A stretch of DNA of 64,000 nt from an uncultured Candidatus Saccharimonas sp. (GCA_943358095.1 CALRGT010000002.1:32782-96781); one strand, 5' to 3'; shown: positions 8,000 through 20,860, counted from the first letter of the stretch. Numbers and translations: made by a program. Notes: generated by a model not told the origin, from the letters alone.

Positions 8000-10900
8000 A
8001 TGTCTATAATTCCAGTGGTACTCTTTGTGGTGTTTGTGATAATTCCAGCAATTGGGAGTATTTGGTATTCTCATTCTAAAAAAGTGTTTCGTGAGCAGAA
8101 GAACTTCGAGAGAGGGCTAAAGATTGTGCCGATGCTTATACACCTGCCGCCACTTAGTGAAGATAATCACGAAAACGGCCGCGATGTGCGTGATTTGATT
8201 GATGAGAATATATCTAGGTCGCAAGTTCTTTATGGCATTATTGCTAGCACTATCCAGAAAGCATCGTTCAAGAATAAGTTTTACGGACAGCGTCATTTTG
8301 GCTTTGAGATCATAGCGAGCAAGGGAATTGTTAGCTTTTACGCCGCTGTGCCGATAGCGTTAGTTGAGGTCGTGAAGCAGGCTGTAAACAGTGCTTATCC
8401 GACCGCTCAGCTAGAAGAGGTTGCTGAGCACAATATTTTTAGTCCAATTGGCAAGATTAGTGGGACTGCTGGCGGTGAACTTACCCTAAAAGAGAATTTT
8501 GCTTATCCAATTGCTACCTATCAAGAGCTAAAGCGTGACGCCATGCAGTCGATTTTGAACTCGTTGTCTACGTTAGATAAGGACGACGGAGCCGGGATTC
8601 AGCTATTGATGAGGCCGGCGCATGACGATTGGCGTAAGCGGGCGCAATCGGTTTCTTCTGAGAAGCGTGGTGGCACTGAAAGTAAAGCTAAGTTTAGCGG
8701 CTCGACATTAGATTGGTTTCGTCAGGTTCCAGCAGCTTTATTTTGGCCGCCAGAGGACCGTGGAGTGGGTGGAGAAAAGTCCCAGTCCAAACCGTTATCA
8801 GCTCTTGATCAGCAGATAGTTGACGCTATAGATGATAAGACAAGGCACCCTGGATTTGAAGTTTTGATTCGGGTTATAGCATCTTCTAATAATCCTCAAA
8901 AGGCGCAAGCTATTAAGAGCAGCATGGTGGCTGCGTTTTCTTTATTTGATGCGCCTGGCAAGAACGGCTTCAAATACACTGACGCCGCAGATATCGAAAG
9001 TTTTGCCACAGCATTTATTATGAGATTTTTCCCGCAAGAGAATAATAAGAACATTCTAAACTCTGTTGAGTTAGCTACACTATTTCACTTCCCAGATCAC
9101 AAGAATATACCTACTACTCAGCTTGCTCGTCAGGCCTCCAAGCAGGTTGACGGTCCACGTAATATGCCCGAAAACGGCCTGATGCTTGGCTACAATGTGT
9201 TTCGCGGTGTCAAGAAGCCTATACGGTTGAGTCTAGAGGACCGCCGCCGCCATATGTATGTGGTTGGACAGACGGGTACCGGAAAGTCGGTATTCCTAGA
9301 AAATTTGGCACTTCAAGACATGCTTGCTGGTAGAGGATTCGCTTTTGTTGATCCTCACGGCGACACAGTAGACAGCCTGATGTCTATGGTTCCGAAGGAA
9401 CGCACAGAGGATATTGTCTACTTCAACCCATCCGACATGGATTTCCCAATGGGTCTAAACCTGTTTGAGTTCTACGCTCCTGAGCAGAAGGACTTTTTGA
9501 TTCAAGAAGCCATTAACATGCTTTATAAACTGTATGACCCTCAAAAGCAGGGAATTATTGGGCCTAGATTTGAGCGTATATTCACAAATAGCGCCTTGCT
9601 ATTAATGGCTGATCCTAAGGGCGGAACCTTCGTCGATATTCCAAAACTACTGATTGATTCAGAGTTTATGAAGGCTAAATTGCAATATGTGACCGATCGT
9701 AACGTGTTAGATTTCTGGACCAAAGAGTGGCCGAACTCACAGAAGTCAAACGAGGCAGGTGAGGTCACAAGCTGGGTTGTCAGTAAGTTCGGTGCGTTTT
9801 TGTCTAACGAGATGATGCGTAATATCATCGGTCAGCAGAAGAGCTCATTTAACCTAAGAGACATTATGGATAATAAAAAGATACTATTCGTTAACTTGTC
9901 TAAGGGGCGTACAGGAGAGTTGAACTCAAAACTGTTGGGTATGATTTTTGTTATGAAATTCCAAGCTGCCGCCATGAGCCGAGCCGATATTCCAGAGGCT
10001 GATAGACAAGATTTTTGTCTATATGTTGATGAGTTCCAGAACTTTGCCACAGATTCTTTTGCCACAATTATGTCAGAGGCCAGAAAGTATCACCTTAACT
10101 TGATCGTTGCCAACCAATTCACTACTCAGTTAACAGATGAGATTCGTGACGCCGTATTTGGTAACGTTGGTACGACGGTGGCATTCCGCGTAGGTTCTGA
10201 TGCTGATGCCGACAGTTTGAGTAAGAAGTTTTCGCCAATTTTTGAACGCGAAGATGTGTTGCGAATTCCAAACTTTAACACTATCTCTCAGATGTTAATT
10301 GGCGGTATTCCGACACAATCCTTCAGCATGGCTACTTTGCCTCCATTAGGATCAGCTAACCCAGAATTAGGCAAGGCGCTCAGACAATTGTCGGCAGCAA
10401 AATTTGGACGAGCCAAGGATCAAATCGAGAAAGAAATATTTGCCAGACTTAAGACTGTAGAAGCTCCAACTCCTGTTGGTGGTCAAAGGCCAGCTAGTCC
10501 AGCCCCTACCGCGCCTCCAAGGGCGCCTGGAGCTCCTGCGCCATCGTTTTTGGATGATTGGATGACTAAGCGCCAAACAGTTACTCCTGCAGGCGCTGGG
10601 CAGCCTGCCAAGCAATCTGTTGCGCCAATAGCCAGTCAACCTCAACCGCCGACAGCACCAACACCATTACCGGTAGCACCTGTGGCCAGCAACAGTCCAG
10701 TCGTTGCAGCCGATAATATTCCAGCCGCCACCCCAGACACTGCGACTATTTCACCACAAATTGATCGCCATGAATCCAAATTCATAGCTACTGATCAAGA
10801 TGATAGTGAGTCTTTAACCCGTGACAGCGCCCACAAGCTTCCTTTTACAGAGACTACCCATCCGGCCACTGAAACGACTAATATCTCCAGTTCTCAGCTT

Positions 10901-11083
10901 GAGGATAAGGAGATAGCAGGAGTTGCCGCCGAATTACGAGAGAGCCTTAACCATAACGCCGCTCAACCTGTTCCAGCCCAAGTTAGTCCAGAGCCAATCC
11001 ATAACGGTGAGCTTCATCTAGGCAAAACTACTCCTGCATCAACGCACACAGAGCACGTTATAAATATTGATCGAAACAGCTAG
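8000..11083 (+). CDS. TraD/TraG/VirD4-family (type IV coupling protein-like) P-loop ATPase with N-terminal TM anchor and Pro/Ala-rich disordered tail
   Basis: The 1027-aa ORF has an N-terminal TM (IIPVVLFVVFVIIPAIGSIW), Walker A VVGQTGTGKSVF, FVDPHGD and Walker B CLYVDEFQNF. It continues with ARKYHLNLIVANQFTTQL...TTVAFRVGSDADADSL, the pattern I recall for the TraG-D_C domain. The last roughly 220 aa are low complexity (PAPTAPPRAPGAPAP...). Confidence 0.7.
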   Translation: MSIIPVVLFVVFVIIPAIGSIWYSHSKKVFREQKNFERGLKIVPMLIHLPPLSEDNHENGRDVRDLIDENISRSQVLYGIIASTIQKASFKNKFYGQRHFGFEIIASKGIVSFYAAVPIALVEVVKQAVNSAYPTAQLEEVAEHNIFSPIGKISGTAGGELTLKENFAYPIATYQELKRDAMQSILNSLSTLDKDDGAGIQLLMRPAHDDWRKRAQSVSSEKRGGTESKAKFSGSTLDWFRQVPAALFWPPEDRGVGGEKSQSKPLSALDQQIVDAIDDKTRHPGFEVLIRVIASSNNPQKAQAIKSSMVAAFSLFDAPGKNGFKYTDAADIESFATAFIMRFFPQENNKNILNSVELATLFHFPDHKNIPTTQLARQASKQVDGPRNMPENGLMLGYNVFRGVKKPIRLSLEDRRRHMYVVGQTGTGKSVFLENLALQDMLAGRGFAFVDPHGDTVDSLMSMVPKERTEDIVYFNPSDMDFPMGLNLFEFYAPEQKDFLIQEAINMLYKLYDPQKQGIIGPRFERIFTNSALLLMADPKGGTFVDIPKLLIDSEFMKAKLQYVTDRNVLDFWTKEWPNSQKSNEAGEVTSWVVSKFGAFLSNEMMRNIIGQQKSSFNLRDIMDNKKILFVNLSKGRTGELNSKLLGMIFVMKFQAAAMSRADIPEADRQDFCLYVDEFQNFATDSFATIMSEARKYHLNLIVANQFTTQLTDEIRDAVFGNVGTTVAFRVGSDADADSLSKKFSPIFEREDVLRIPNFNTISQMLIGGIPTQSFSMATLPPLGSANPELGKALRQLSAAKFGRAKDQIEKEIFARLKTVEAPTPVGGQRPASPAPTAPPRAPGAPAPSFLDDWMTKRQTVTPAGAGQPAKQSVAPIASQPQPPTAPTPLPVAPVASNSPVVAADNIPAATPDTATISPQIDRHESKFIATDQDDSESLTRDSAHKLPFTETTHPATETTNISSSQLEDKEIAGVAAELRESLNHNAAQPVPAQVSPEPIHNGELHLGKTTPASTHTEHVINIDRNS

Positions 11084-11089
11084 TAGATA

Positions 11090-11644
11090 TTATTTTCGGA
11101 GTTTAAGTGCGTAGTGCGATAGTCTCTCTATGAATAGGCCGATGATGAATCCTGCCAAAAACAATAGGAAAAAGGCTAATAAATTATAGCGAAAACCATA
11201 GTTCTTTGCGGTGTAGAGTATTACGCCGCTACCGAGTAGGGAGACCACGCCTCCGCCTAGTAATCCTGACGGTCGAGCGATGGTATTCTCGCCAGCATCA
11301 CTTAGGAAGTCGATTATTGGCTGGTGAATTACTTTGCTCAATAGTCGTCCGGTAAGTGGTAATTGCTTTCTTGTGCGAATAATTACTCTGTCAAAACCGT
11401 CTTTTTTAAGGCTAGTTGTGACTTGAATCTCGGGTAAAATTTCTGGGGTCTTCTCGGCTTTGTTCATTAGCTCAGAGCTGGTAGCGCTTTGTTCTACTAA
11501 TTGACGAGATTGCTCTAGGGAGCTTAATCTGGCGGCTTCATGGTCGGTATCTGTTGTCTCGGCGACACTTGGCTTGAGTAGATCTAAATAATCGTCTTTA
11601 CCGCTAGACTTTTCGCTAATTTTTCCAGGGTGCTGTTCGCTCAT
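11090..11644 (-). CDS. Membrane protein (C-terminal TM helices), unknown function
   Basis: I prefer ATG 11644 (MSEQHPGK...), 1 nt after the TGA stop of the upstream gene, with GGGGAG upstream. The C-terminus GGGVVSLLGSGVILYTA...LLAFFLLFLAGFIIGLFI is hydrophobic. Confidence 0.55.
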   Translation of the reverse strand: MSEQHPGKISEKSSGKDDYLDLLKPSVAETTDTDHEAARLSSLEQSRQLVEQSATSSELMNKAEKTPEILPEIQVTTSLKKDGFDRVIIRTRKQLPLTGRLLSKVIHQPIIDFLSDAGENTIARPSGLLGGGVVSLLGSGVILYTAKNYGFRYNLLAFFLLFLAGFIIGLFIERLSHYALKLRK

Positions 11645-11645
11645 A

Positions 11646-13100
11646 TCAGTAAGACTCCCCGCCGTCATGATGGTCGGCTTTAATTATTGCTAGTTCGCTC
11701 AATATTAAGCGTGATCGAGCGAAGAAGTAGCCGGCCAAGACCAGTAATACGAAGCAAATAGCTAAGCTGCCTTTGACGCCAGTGTTGGGTAGTATCCTAG
11801 TCGTTATTTCGATGTTTTTGATGATTGAGGGAGGTAGTTTTACTGTTACAGACGCCCCATAAGTATTTGTCATTTTTAAGTCATAATGATTTGGATCACT
11901 AGACGAAACAGGCGTCGCAGGAAGAGTGTTCTTTATCTTGACGCTAAAATTCTTGACCAAGGTTTTGCCACCTCCAATATCCTCGGCTGGCCAAATAATA
12001 ACATTTTTATTGATTATTCCGCCGCTAGTCTGTGAGATGTCGGAGTAGTCTAGTATGTCGCTTATATTTTCTTGGACAACGAAGTTTTTGATGGTTGAGT
12101 CGCCATCGTTGGTGACGGATAGTGAATAGGTGAGTACATCATTAGGCTTAGCGGTTGATCCGTTGGCGTTATTTAGCTTGCTGGTGTCGTTTTTGACCGT
12201 CTTACCGAGTCTCAGGCAGGATGTTTTGTCTTCACGCGTCTGCGAGCTCTTACATGGCTTACAGTCGCTACTGCTGGCTGTGAGTGAGCTGTTATATATG
12301 CAAGACTCGAAACAGCTGCTGGAGTTTTTGGCGTAAGCCTCTTTGTTTTTATAAGGGCAGGGTTCGAAACAAGCGACATTATTGGATTTTATATTAGATT
12401 TACCTTTAACCGGACAAGCCTCGTAACATTCAGAACTAGTCTTGGCTAGGTTTTTTTTGCTGGCAATAGGGCAGGGCTCGGAGCATTTAGGGTCGGTAGA
12501 TAACAGAGACGCAGACCATTCGCATTTTGCTTTTGGAGTAGGTGGAATGCCGACGAATGTCAGGCCACCACCACAATCTTTGACTATATAAAACTTCTGA
12601 CCGTCTTTGTTGGTGACGAGAAGGGCATCGTGCTTGGTTGAGCCGTTGTCGTAGTCAGATAATTTACGCAACCAGTAAGTTTTTGCCTTTATGTTCAGTG
12701 GAGTTTCGCCAACTTTACCGTAAGCTAGGCGGCCGGTGGTGTAGAGTTCGCCGTGAAAGTCTTTGGAGTCGAGCTTAACATCTTTGGCATTCGCCAAGTC
12801 AGCACAATCAATATTAAAGTTCGCCAGAATATCAGCGTAGTCAGAGCTACTAGAGCGGCAGTTGTTGGTAGCATCTTCAGCCGATCTTACGCCTCCGTTA
12901 ATCAAGTCATTATTGGACTGCGCTAATGATGCTTGGGGAGGGCTAATTAAGGCGAACATCTGTATAAACACGGTAAGGATGATCAAGATAAATCCGGTTC
13001 GGCGCACAATAGTCTCCCTACGAAGACGCTTGGCATAAAAAGCTACCTCATCAATAAGGCCAGGACTATAAGGTAAATTAGATAGCAACTTCTTGAACAT
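11646..13100 (-). CDS. Sortase-type (LPNTG) cell-wall-anchored surface protein with Cys-rich repeats
   Basis: The 484-aa ORF has an N-terminal signal/TM (GFILIILTVFIQMFALI). It carries repeated C-x-E-(P/A/S)-C motifs (CSEPCP, CYEACP, CFEPCP, CFESC) and a beta-rich segment (NDVLTYSLSVTNDGDSTIKNF). Near the C-terminus is LPNTG followed by a hydrophobic stretch and ARSR. Confidence 0.7.
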   Translation of the reverse strand: MFKKLLSNLPYSPGLIDEVAFYAKRLRRETIVRRTGFILIILTVFIQMFALISPPQASLAQSNNDLINGGVRSAEDATNNCRSSSSDYADILANFNIDCADLANAKDVKLDSKDFHGELYTTGRLAYGKVGETPLNIKAKTYWLRKLSDYDNGSTKHDALLVTNKDGQKFYIVKDCGGGLTFVGIPPTPKAKCEWSASLLSTDPKCSEPCPIASKKNLAKTSSECYEACPVKGKSNIKSNNVACFEPCPYKNKEAYAKNSSSCFESCIYNSSLTASSSDCKPCKSSQTREDKTSCLRLGKTVKNDTSKLNNANGSTAKPNDVLTYSLSVTNDGDSTIKNFVVQENISDILDYSDISQTSGGIINKNVIIWPAEDIGGGKTLVKNFSVKIKNTLPATPVSSSDPNHYDLKMTNTYGASVTVKLPPSIIKNIEITTRILPNTGVKGSLAICFVLLVLAGYFFARSRLILSELAIIKADHHDGGESY

Positions 13101-13235
13101 TATTCTACTCTCATTAAACAGAGGTTATTCTGTGTGTATTTAAGCATAAGCTGACGCTAGTCACAATAAGATTCAGCTAATATGTAGTATAAGGAGGGCA
13201 TTAAAGAAGCATTGTTTTTCTTACTCTGTAAATAG

Positions 13236-13264
13236 TTGCCATACCAGTCCGAATAATCTATAAT
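13236..13264 (+). promoter_or_regulatory. Sigma-70-type promoter upstream of gyrB
   Basis: TTGCCA (13236-13241), a 17-nt spacer, then TATAAT (13259-13264). Confidence 0.55.
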
Positions 13265-13305
13265 CGATGCAAGCAGTGGGCGTATCTAAATATCTTGGAA
13301 ATTAA

Positions 13306-15309
<2,004 letters not shown>

Positions 15310-15314
15310 GCCGC

Positions 15315-15441
15315 CAATTTGTCATTGAACATTTGGCATTTGGCATTTATTTGTCATTGAACATTGATCAGACGGCTGGTCTTTTGGAGCTAAATGGTAA
15401 ATGCGAAATAAATGATAAATGTAGAATGGTAAATGGTAAAT
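15315..15441. repeat. CATTT/CAATG-rich hairpin repeat element, copy E1 (gyrB-gyrA spacer)
   Basis: The left arm is caatttgtcattgaacatttggcatttggcatttatttgtcattgaacattg. The right arm is taaatggtaaatgcgaaataaatgataaatgtagaatggtaaatggtaaat, its imperfect reverse complement. It shares blocks with E2-E5 (catttattt / aaataaatg, aatggtaaatggtaaat). Confidence 0.8.
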
Positions 15442-18039
15442 AACGCTATGGATGATGAAATTAAAGACGAATTAGTACCAATTGAAGCTAACGATGTAGA
15501 AGTCGTAGAGTCTGGTCGTTACGAAGACGACGACGTATTAGACACCAGTCACTCAAGAGTTGTTGAACGCCGTAAGGTTGAAGATGTCATGGAAGACAGC
15601 TACTTGCGTTACTCTATGAGCGTTATCGTAGCGCGTGCTTTACCAGACGTTCGTGACGGTCTAAAGCCGGTCCATCGTCGTATTTTGTATGTCATGAACC
15701 GAATGGGCATTACGCCTGGTGGCAAGACTGTTAAGAGTGCTCAGATCGTCGGTGAAGTTATGGGTAAATATCACCCGCACGGCGACAGCGCGATTTATGA
15801 ATCAATGGTCCGTATGGCTCAGCCTTGGGCTATGCGCTACATGCTAGTTAATGGTCAGGGTAACTTCGGTTCTATGGACGGCGACCCAGCGGCTGCCTAT
15901 CGATATACTGAAGCTAAAATGACATCTCATGCCGAAGCTATGCTTGCCGATATCGAAAAAGAAACAGTGCCTTTCCGCGACAACTACGATGGTACTCGTC
16001 AAGAACCAGAGGTCTTGCCAGCTAAATTGCCAAACCTTCTACTAAACGGTCAAGTTGGTATCGCCGTAGGTATGGCCACCAACATCCCACCGCACAACTT
16101 GAACGAAATAGTCGACGCGATAATAACTATTATCGACAAGCCTGATGCTACATTAGATGATTTGCTAGTGCATGTTAAGGGTCCTGACTTCCCAACAGGC
16201 GGTATTGTCTATGGTCGCGACTCTATTCGAACTGCTTTTGCTACCGGTCGTGGTGGTGTGGTGGTTCGTGGTGTGGCTAATATCGAAGAGAACGCCAAGG
16301 GTCGCCATCAGATTATAATCAGCGAAATTCCTTACGCCCTCAACAAAGAGAGTTTGATTCTTAAGATCGCCGATCTAGTCCACGAAAAGAAGATTGTTGG
16401 CATTAGTGATATTCGCGACGAAACCGCTCGTGGTGCTGTCCGTATGGTGATCGACCTCAAGAAGGACGCCTACCCGAAGAAGATCCTAAACCAACTCTAT
16501 AAATTGACTCCATTACAGACCAGCTTCCACTACAATATGTTGGCGCTAGTTGATGGTATCCAGCCCCGCGTGCTTGGCTTGCAAGACATTCTTCAGGAAT
16601 ACCTAAAGCACCGGCAAGTTGTTGTACGTCGTCGCACCGAGTACGAACTTCGCAAGGCGCAGGAGCGCGCTCACATCCTAGAAGGCCTCAAGATAGCCCT
16701 TGACCACATTGATGAAGTCATTAAGACGATTCGTGCCAGCAAGAGCGCAGACGAAGCCCAGACGAGTTTGATAGCTAAGTTTAAGCTGTCAGAGATTCAG
16801 GCAAAAGCTATTTTGGCGATGCAGCTACGCACGCTAACTGGTCTTGAGCGTCAAAAAATCGAAGACGAATTAGCCGAATTATTGAAGATTATTGCAAAAT
16901 TAGAAGGTATTTTGGCTAGCGAGCAAGAAATTCTAAAAATCATCAAGACTGAATTAATCGAAATGAAGAAGCAGTTTGGTGACGAACGACGCACTAAGAT
17001 TGTTGATAGTGAACTTGGTAAATTGAGCGACGAAGATTTGATCCCTGACGAACAAGTTGCTGTAACTCTTACATCAGCTAACTACATCAAGCGTAGTCCA
17101 TTGGCCGAATATAAGCGCCAAGGTCGCGGTGGCAAGGGTAGGCGAGGAATGGCTACGAGAGAAGAAGACGTTATCGAGCACGTTGTTAACGCCTCTACTC
17201 ACGACTATATCTTGTTCTTCACGAACCGTGGCCGCGTTTTCCGTCTCAAGACATACGAAGTACCAGCCGTCGGCCTAAACGCCAAAGGTGTTGCACTAGT
17301 TAACTTGCTACAGTTACAGCCTGAAGAGCGTGTCAGCTCGATCATCAATGTCAGCAAGGGCGACAAAGACGGTTACTTGTTTATGTGTACTGTCCGAGGC
17401 GTTGTCAAGAAGACTCCATTTGAGCAATACAAGAATGTACGCAACTCTGGCTTGATAGCCATAAATCTAGACGACAAAGACGAATTGCGATGGATTAGAA
17501 TGACTTCCGGAACAGACGAAATCGTCATCAGCACCTCACTTGGCCAGGCTATTCGCTTCCAAGAAAAGGACGCTCGTCCAATGGGTCGAGTCTCACGAGG
17601 TGTCCGTGGTATCCGTTTGCGAGCAGGCGACGAAGTTATCGGCATGGACACTGTCAAAAAAGACTCCAGCATTTTCGTAATCAGCAAGCACGGTTACGGC
17701 AAGCGCACCAAGATTGACCAGTTTACTCCACACGCTCGCGGCGGTGTTGGTATCCGTTCAGCCATCGTCAACACCAAAACAGGCAACCTGATTGGCGTTA
17801 AGACCCTCTCAGCCGACGATACCGAAGAAGTGATCATTATCTCGCAGCAGGGCCAAACTATCCGCCTAGGGCTTAAGAACATCCCACAGCTAGGTCGCGC
17901 CACGCAAGGTGTTCGCATCATGCGCATTAACGAGAATGATGAAGTCGTATCGCTAGCATTAGTCGACAAAACTGAAGAAATTGATACTGACGAAGTAGCC
18001 GAAATTACTCCACCAAAATCAGACTCAGCCAAAAAATAA
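15433..18039 (+). CDS. gyrA: DNA gyrase subunit A (start ambiguous: ATG 15433 or ATG 15448)
   Basis: The 868-aa ORF contains [45 protein letters not shown], and C-terminal beta-pinwheel repeats. ATG 15433 lies inside repeat E1, so ATG 15448 (MDDEIKDE...) is equally plausible. Confidence 0.95.
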   Translation: MVNNAMDDEIKDELVPIEANDVEVVESGRYEDDDVLDTSHSRVVERRKVEDVMEDSYLRYSMSVIVARALPDVRDGLKPVHRRILYVMNRMGITPGGKTVKSAQIVGEVMGKYHPHGDSAIYESMVRMAQPWAMRYMLVNGQGNFGSMDGDPAAAYRYTEAKMTSHAEAMLADIEKETVPFRDNYDGTRQEPEVLPAKLPNLLLNGQVGIAVGMATNIPPHNLNEIVDAIITIIDKPDATLDDLLVHVKGPDFPTGGIVYGRDSIRTAFATGRGGVVVRGVANIEENAKGRHQIIISEIPYALNKESLILKIADLVHEKKIVGISDIRDETARGAVRMVIDLKKDAYPKKILNQLYKLTPLQTSFHYNMLALVDGIQPRVLGLQDILQEYLKHRQVVVRRRTEYELRKAQERAHILEGLKIALDHIDEVIKTIRASKSADEAQTSLIAKFKLSEIQAKAILAMQLRTLTGLERQKIEDELAELLKIIAKLEGILASEQEILKIIKTELIEMKKQFGDERRTKIVDSELGKLSDEDLIPDEQVAVTLTSANYIKRSPLAEYKRQGRGGKGRRGMATREEDVIEHVVNASTHDYILFFTNRGRVFRLKTYEVPAVGLNAKGVALVNLLQLQPEERVSSIINVSKGDKDGYLFMCTVRGVVKKTPFEQYKNVRNSGLIAINLDDKDELRWIRMTSGTDEIVISTSLGQAIRFQEKDARPMGRVSRGVRGIRLRAGDEVIGMDTVKKDSSIFVISKHGYGKRTKIDQFTPHARGGVGIRSAIVNTKTGNLIGVKTLSADDTEEVIIISQQGQTIRLGLKNIPQLGRATQGVRIMRINENDEVVSLALVDKTEEIDTDEVAEITPPKSDSAKK

Positions 18040-18094
18040 ATCGTTAGTAATCGATTGTTGTAATAACCACTACCAACATGGCCACAAAATAGGG

Positions 18095-18123
18095 TTGCAA
18101 TATCTGTTGAGACGGGGTAATAT
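18095..18123 (+). promoter_or_regulatory. Candidate 16S rRNA promoter
   Basis: TTGCAA (18095-18100), a 17-nt spacer, then TAATAT (18118-18123), about 190 nt upstream of the 16S 5' end. Confidence 0.45.
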
Positions 18124-18309
18124 GTTTTGAGCTCGTTTGGAGGTTCTGTCACAAGAGTCTATTTAACTAGCGAACTTTAAAAATTGAATAGTGCAAATCA
18201 ACGTCAGTTCAATAGTCCCGCCAATAAGCGGGGCGCAAGAATTGTTTTAAAAATAAAGTCAGTGTAGTTTAACGACTACATGTTCGACTGAAGTCTAGAT
18301 TTAATTCTT

Positions 18310-19870
<1,561 letters not shown>

Positions 19871-20032
19871 TAGGGAGTATACCAAGGCGAGTAGCTCAAT
19901 TGACTACTCGACCTATGGTCGATCTCGACAACTAGTTTCTTCAGGAAACTCACTAGTTGCCAATTGAGATAAAGTTTTCTGAACCGAACTATGACGTTTG
20001 ATTTGCACTATTCAGTTTTAAAAGGCCAATGG

Positions 20033-20056
20033 CCACCCCGAAAGGGGTGGTTTTTT
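20033..20056 (+). terminator. Intrinsic terminator directly after the 16S processing stem
   Basis: CCACCCC (20033-20039), GAAA loop, GGGGTGG (20044-20050), then TTTTTT (20051-20056). Confidence 0.65.
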
Positions 20057-20077
20057 GTAGCTAAGGCTGTTAACAGA

Positions 20078-20104
20078 TTGACGAAACAGGGGAAATGCTA
20101 TAGT
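20078..20104 (+). promoter_or_regulatory. Candidate promoter for the tRNA-Ile/tRNA-Ala unit
   Basis: TTGACG (20078-20083), then TATAGT (20099-20104). The spacer is only 15 nt, hence low confidence. Confidence 0.3.
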
Positions 20105-20124
20105 CTATAACGGTATTTGTAACA

Positions 20125-20176
20125 AAATACATTAACAATTAGTGAGTCACGATTGATGGGCGATTAGCTCAGCTGG
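20125..20176 (+). repeat. 52-bp direct repeat, copy 1 (leader plus first 19 nt of tRNA-Ile); copy 2 at 20249-20300
   Basis: The sequence aaatacattaacaattagtgagtcacgattgatgggcgattagctcagctgg occurs identically at 20125-20176 and 20249-20300. Copy 1 continues into non-tRNA sequence, leaving a truncated tRNA-Ile 5' fragment at 20158-20176. Confidence 0.9.
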
Positions 20177-20281
20177 CGCAGCTCGCTGCAAAATTAAGTA
20201 ATTGCGCGATTCGCGCTCTAGCGCTGAGCTACAAATTCAGTAAGCGGTAAATACATTAACAATTAGTGAGTCACGATTGAT

Positions 20282-20358
20282 GGGCGATTAGCTCAGCTGG
20301 TTAGAGCGCGTCACTGATAATGACGAGGTCGGAGGTTCGAGTCCCTCATCGCCCACCA
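20282..20358 (+). tRNA. tRNA-Ile (GAU), CCA encoded
   Basis: The acceptor stem pairs GGGCGAT with ATCGCCC. It has the D-arm AGCTCAGCTGGTTAGAGC, anticodon loop CTGATAA, T-arm GGAGGTTCGAGTCCCTC, and ends ACCA. Confidence 0.95.
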
Positions 20359-20411
20359 TTCGTGTCTCGCTAGAGACGACCAAAAGTTCGGTTAACAATC
20401 AAATTCATTAT

Positions 20412-20488
20412 GGGGACATAGCTCAGTTGGCTAGAGCACCGCCTTTGCAAGGCGGGGGTCCAGGGTTCGAGTCCCTGTGTCTCCACCA
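20412..20488 (+). tRNA. tRNA-Ala (UGC), CCA encoded
   Basis: The acceptor stem pairs GGGGACA with TGTCTCC and includes the G3:U70 pair. The anticodon loop is TTTGCAA, the T-arm is CAGGGTTCGAGTCCCTG, and it ends ACCA. Confidence 0.95.
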
Positions 20489-20497
20489 AAATAAGGG

Positions 20498-20525
20498 CCC
20501 GTCCGCAAGGACGGGTTTTTGTTTT
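20498..20525 (+). terminator. Intrinsic terminator after tRNA-Ala, inside the rRNA locus
   Basis: CCCGTCC (20498-20504), GCAA loop, GGACGGG (20509-20515), then TTTTTGTTTT. Confidence 0.7.
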
Positions 20526-20566
20526 GGTGTAATGTCTAGATTCGAACCCTGGACCGCGACAATTAC
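20526..20566 (-). other. Inverted, degenerate copy of the tRNA-Ala 3' half (tRNA-like minihelix ending ACCA)
   Basis: The minus strand reads gtaattgtcgcggtccagggttcgaatctagacattacacca. Its 14 nt ggtccagggttcga are identical to tRNA-Ala 20457-20470. The T-stem pairing is broken, so this is not a functional tRNA. Confidence 0.6.
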
Positions 20567-20638
20567 GTGTAGCCCGGCGATAAACTTAAAAATTATAGTA
20601 GAAAAAAATAAACGCAAAGAGTATCGTAGTATGTATCT

Positions 20639-20860
20639 ATGATAGAAAACTCACAAAGTCCAGGATATCTTGAACACGAAGCAGAAATGCAAGAAGCATT
20701 CGTAGAGTCATTAAATCGGGCTACCGGATCCATTGCCGGAGATTCATCAGCCAGACATTTACCGCATAAGCCATGGAACCAAGATCAGCCTTTAGTCGCC
20801 CCAAAAGCGCCCAATTCATCACCCCAAGACATTAAGTCAGACGAAAATCCTGTACTCTGA
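20639..20860 (+). CDS. Hypothetical 73-aa protein encoded between tRNA-Ala and 23S (uncertain)
   Basis: The ORF is MIENSQSPGYLEHEAEMQEAFVESLNRATG... with no recognisable family. Supporting evidence is TAGTAT (20627-20632) 6 nt upstream of the ATG, the same geometry as other putative leaderless genes here. Confidence 0.35.
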   Translation: MIENSQSPGYLEHEAEMQEAFVESLNRATGSIAGDSSARHLPHKPWNQDQPLVAPKAPNSSPQDIKSDENPVL

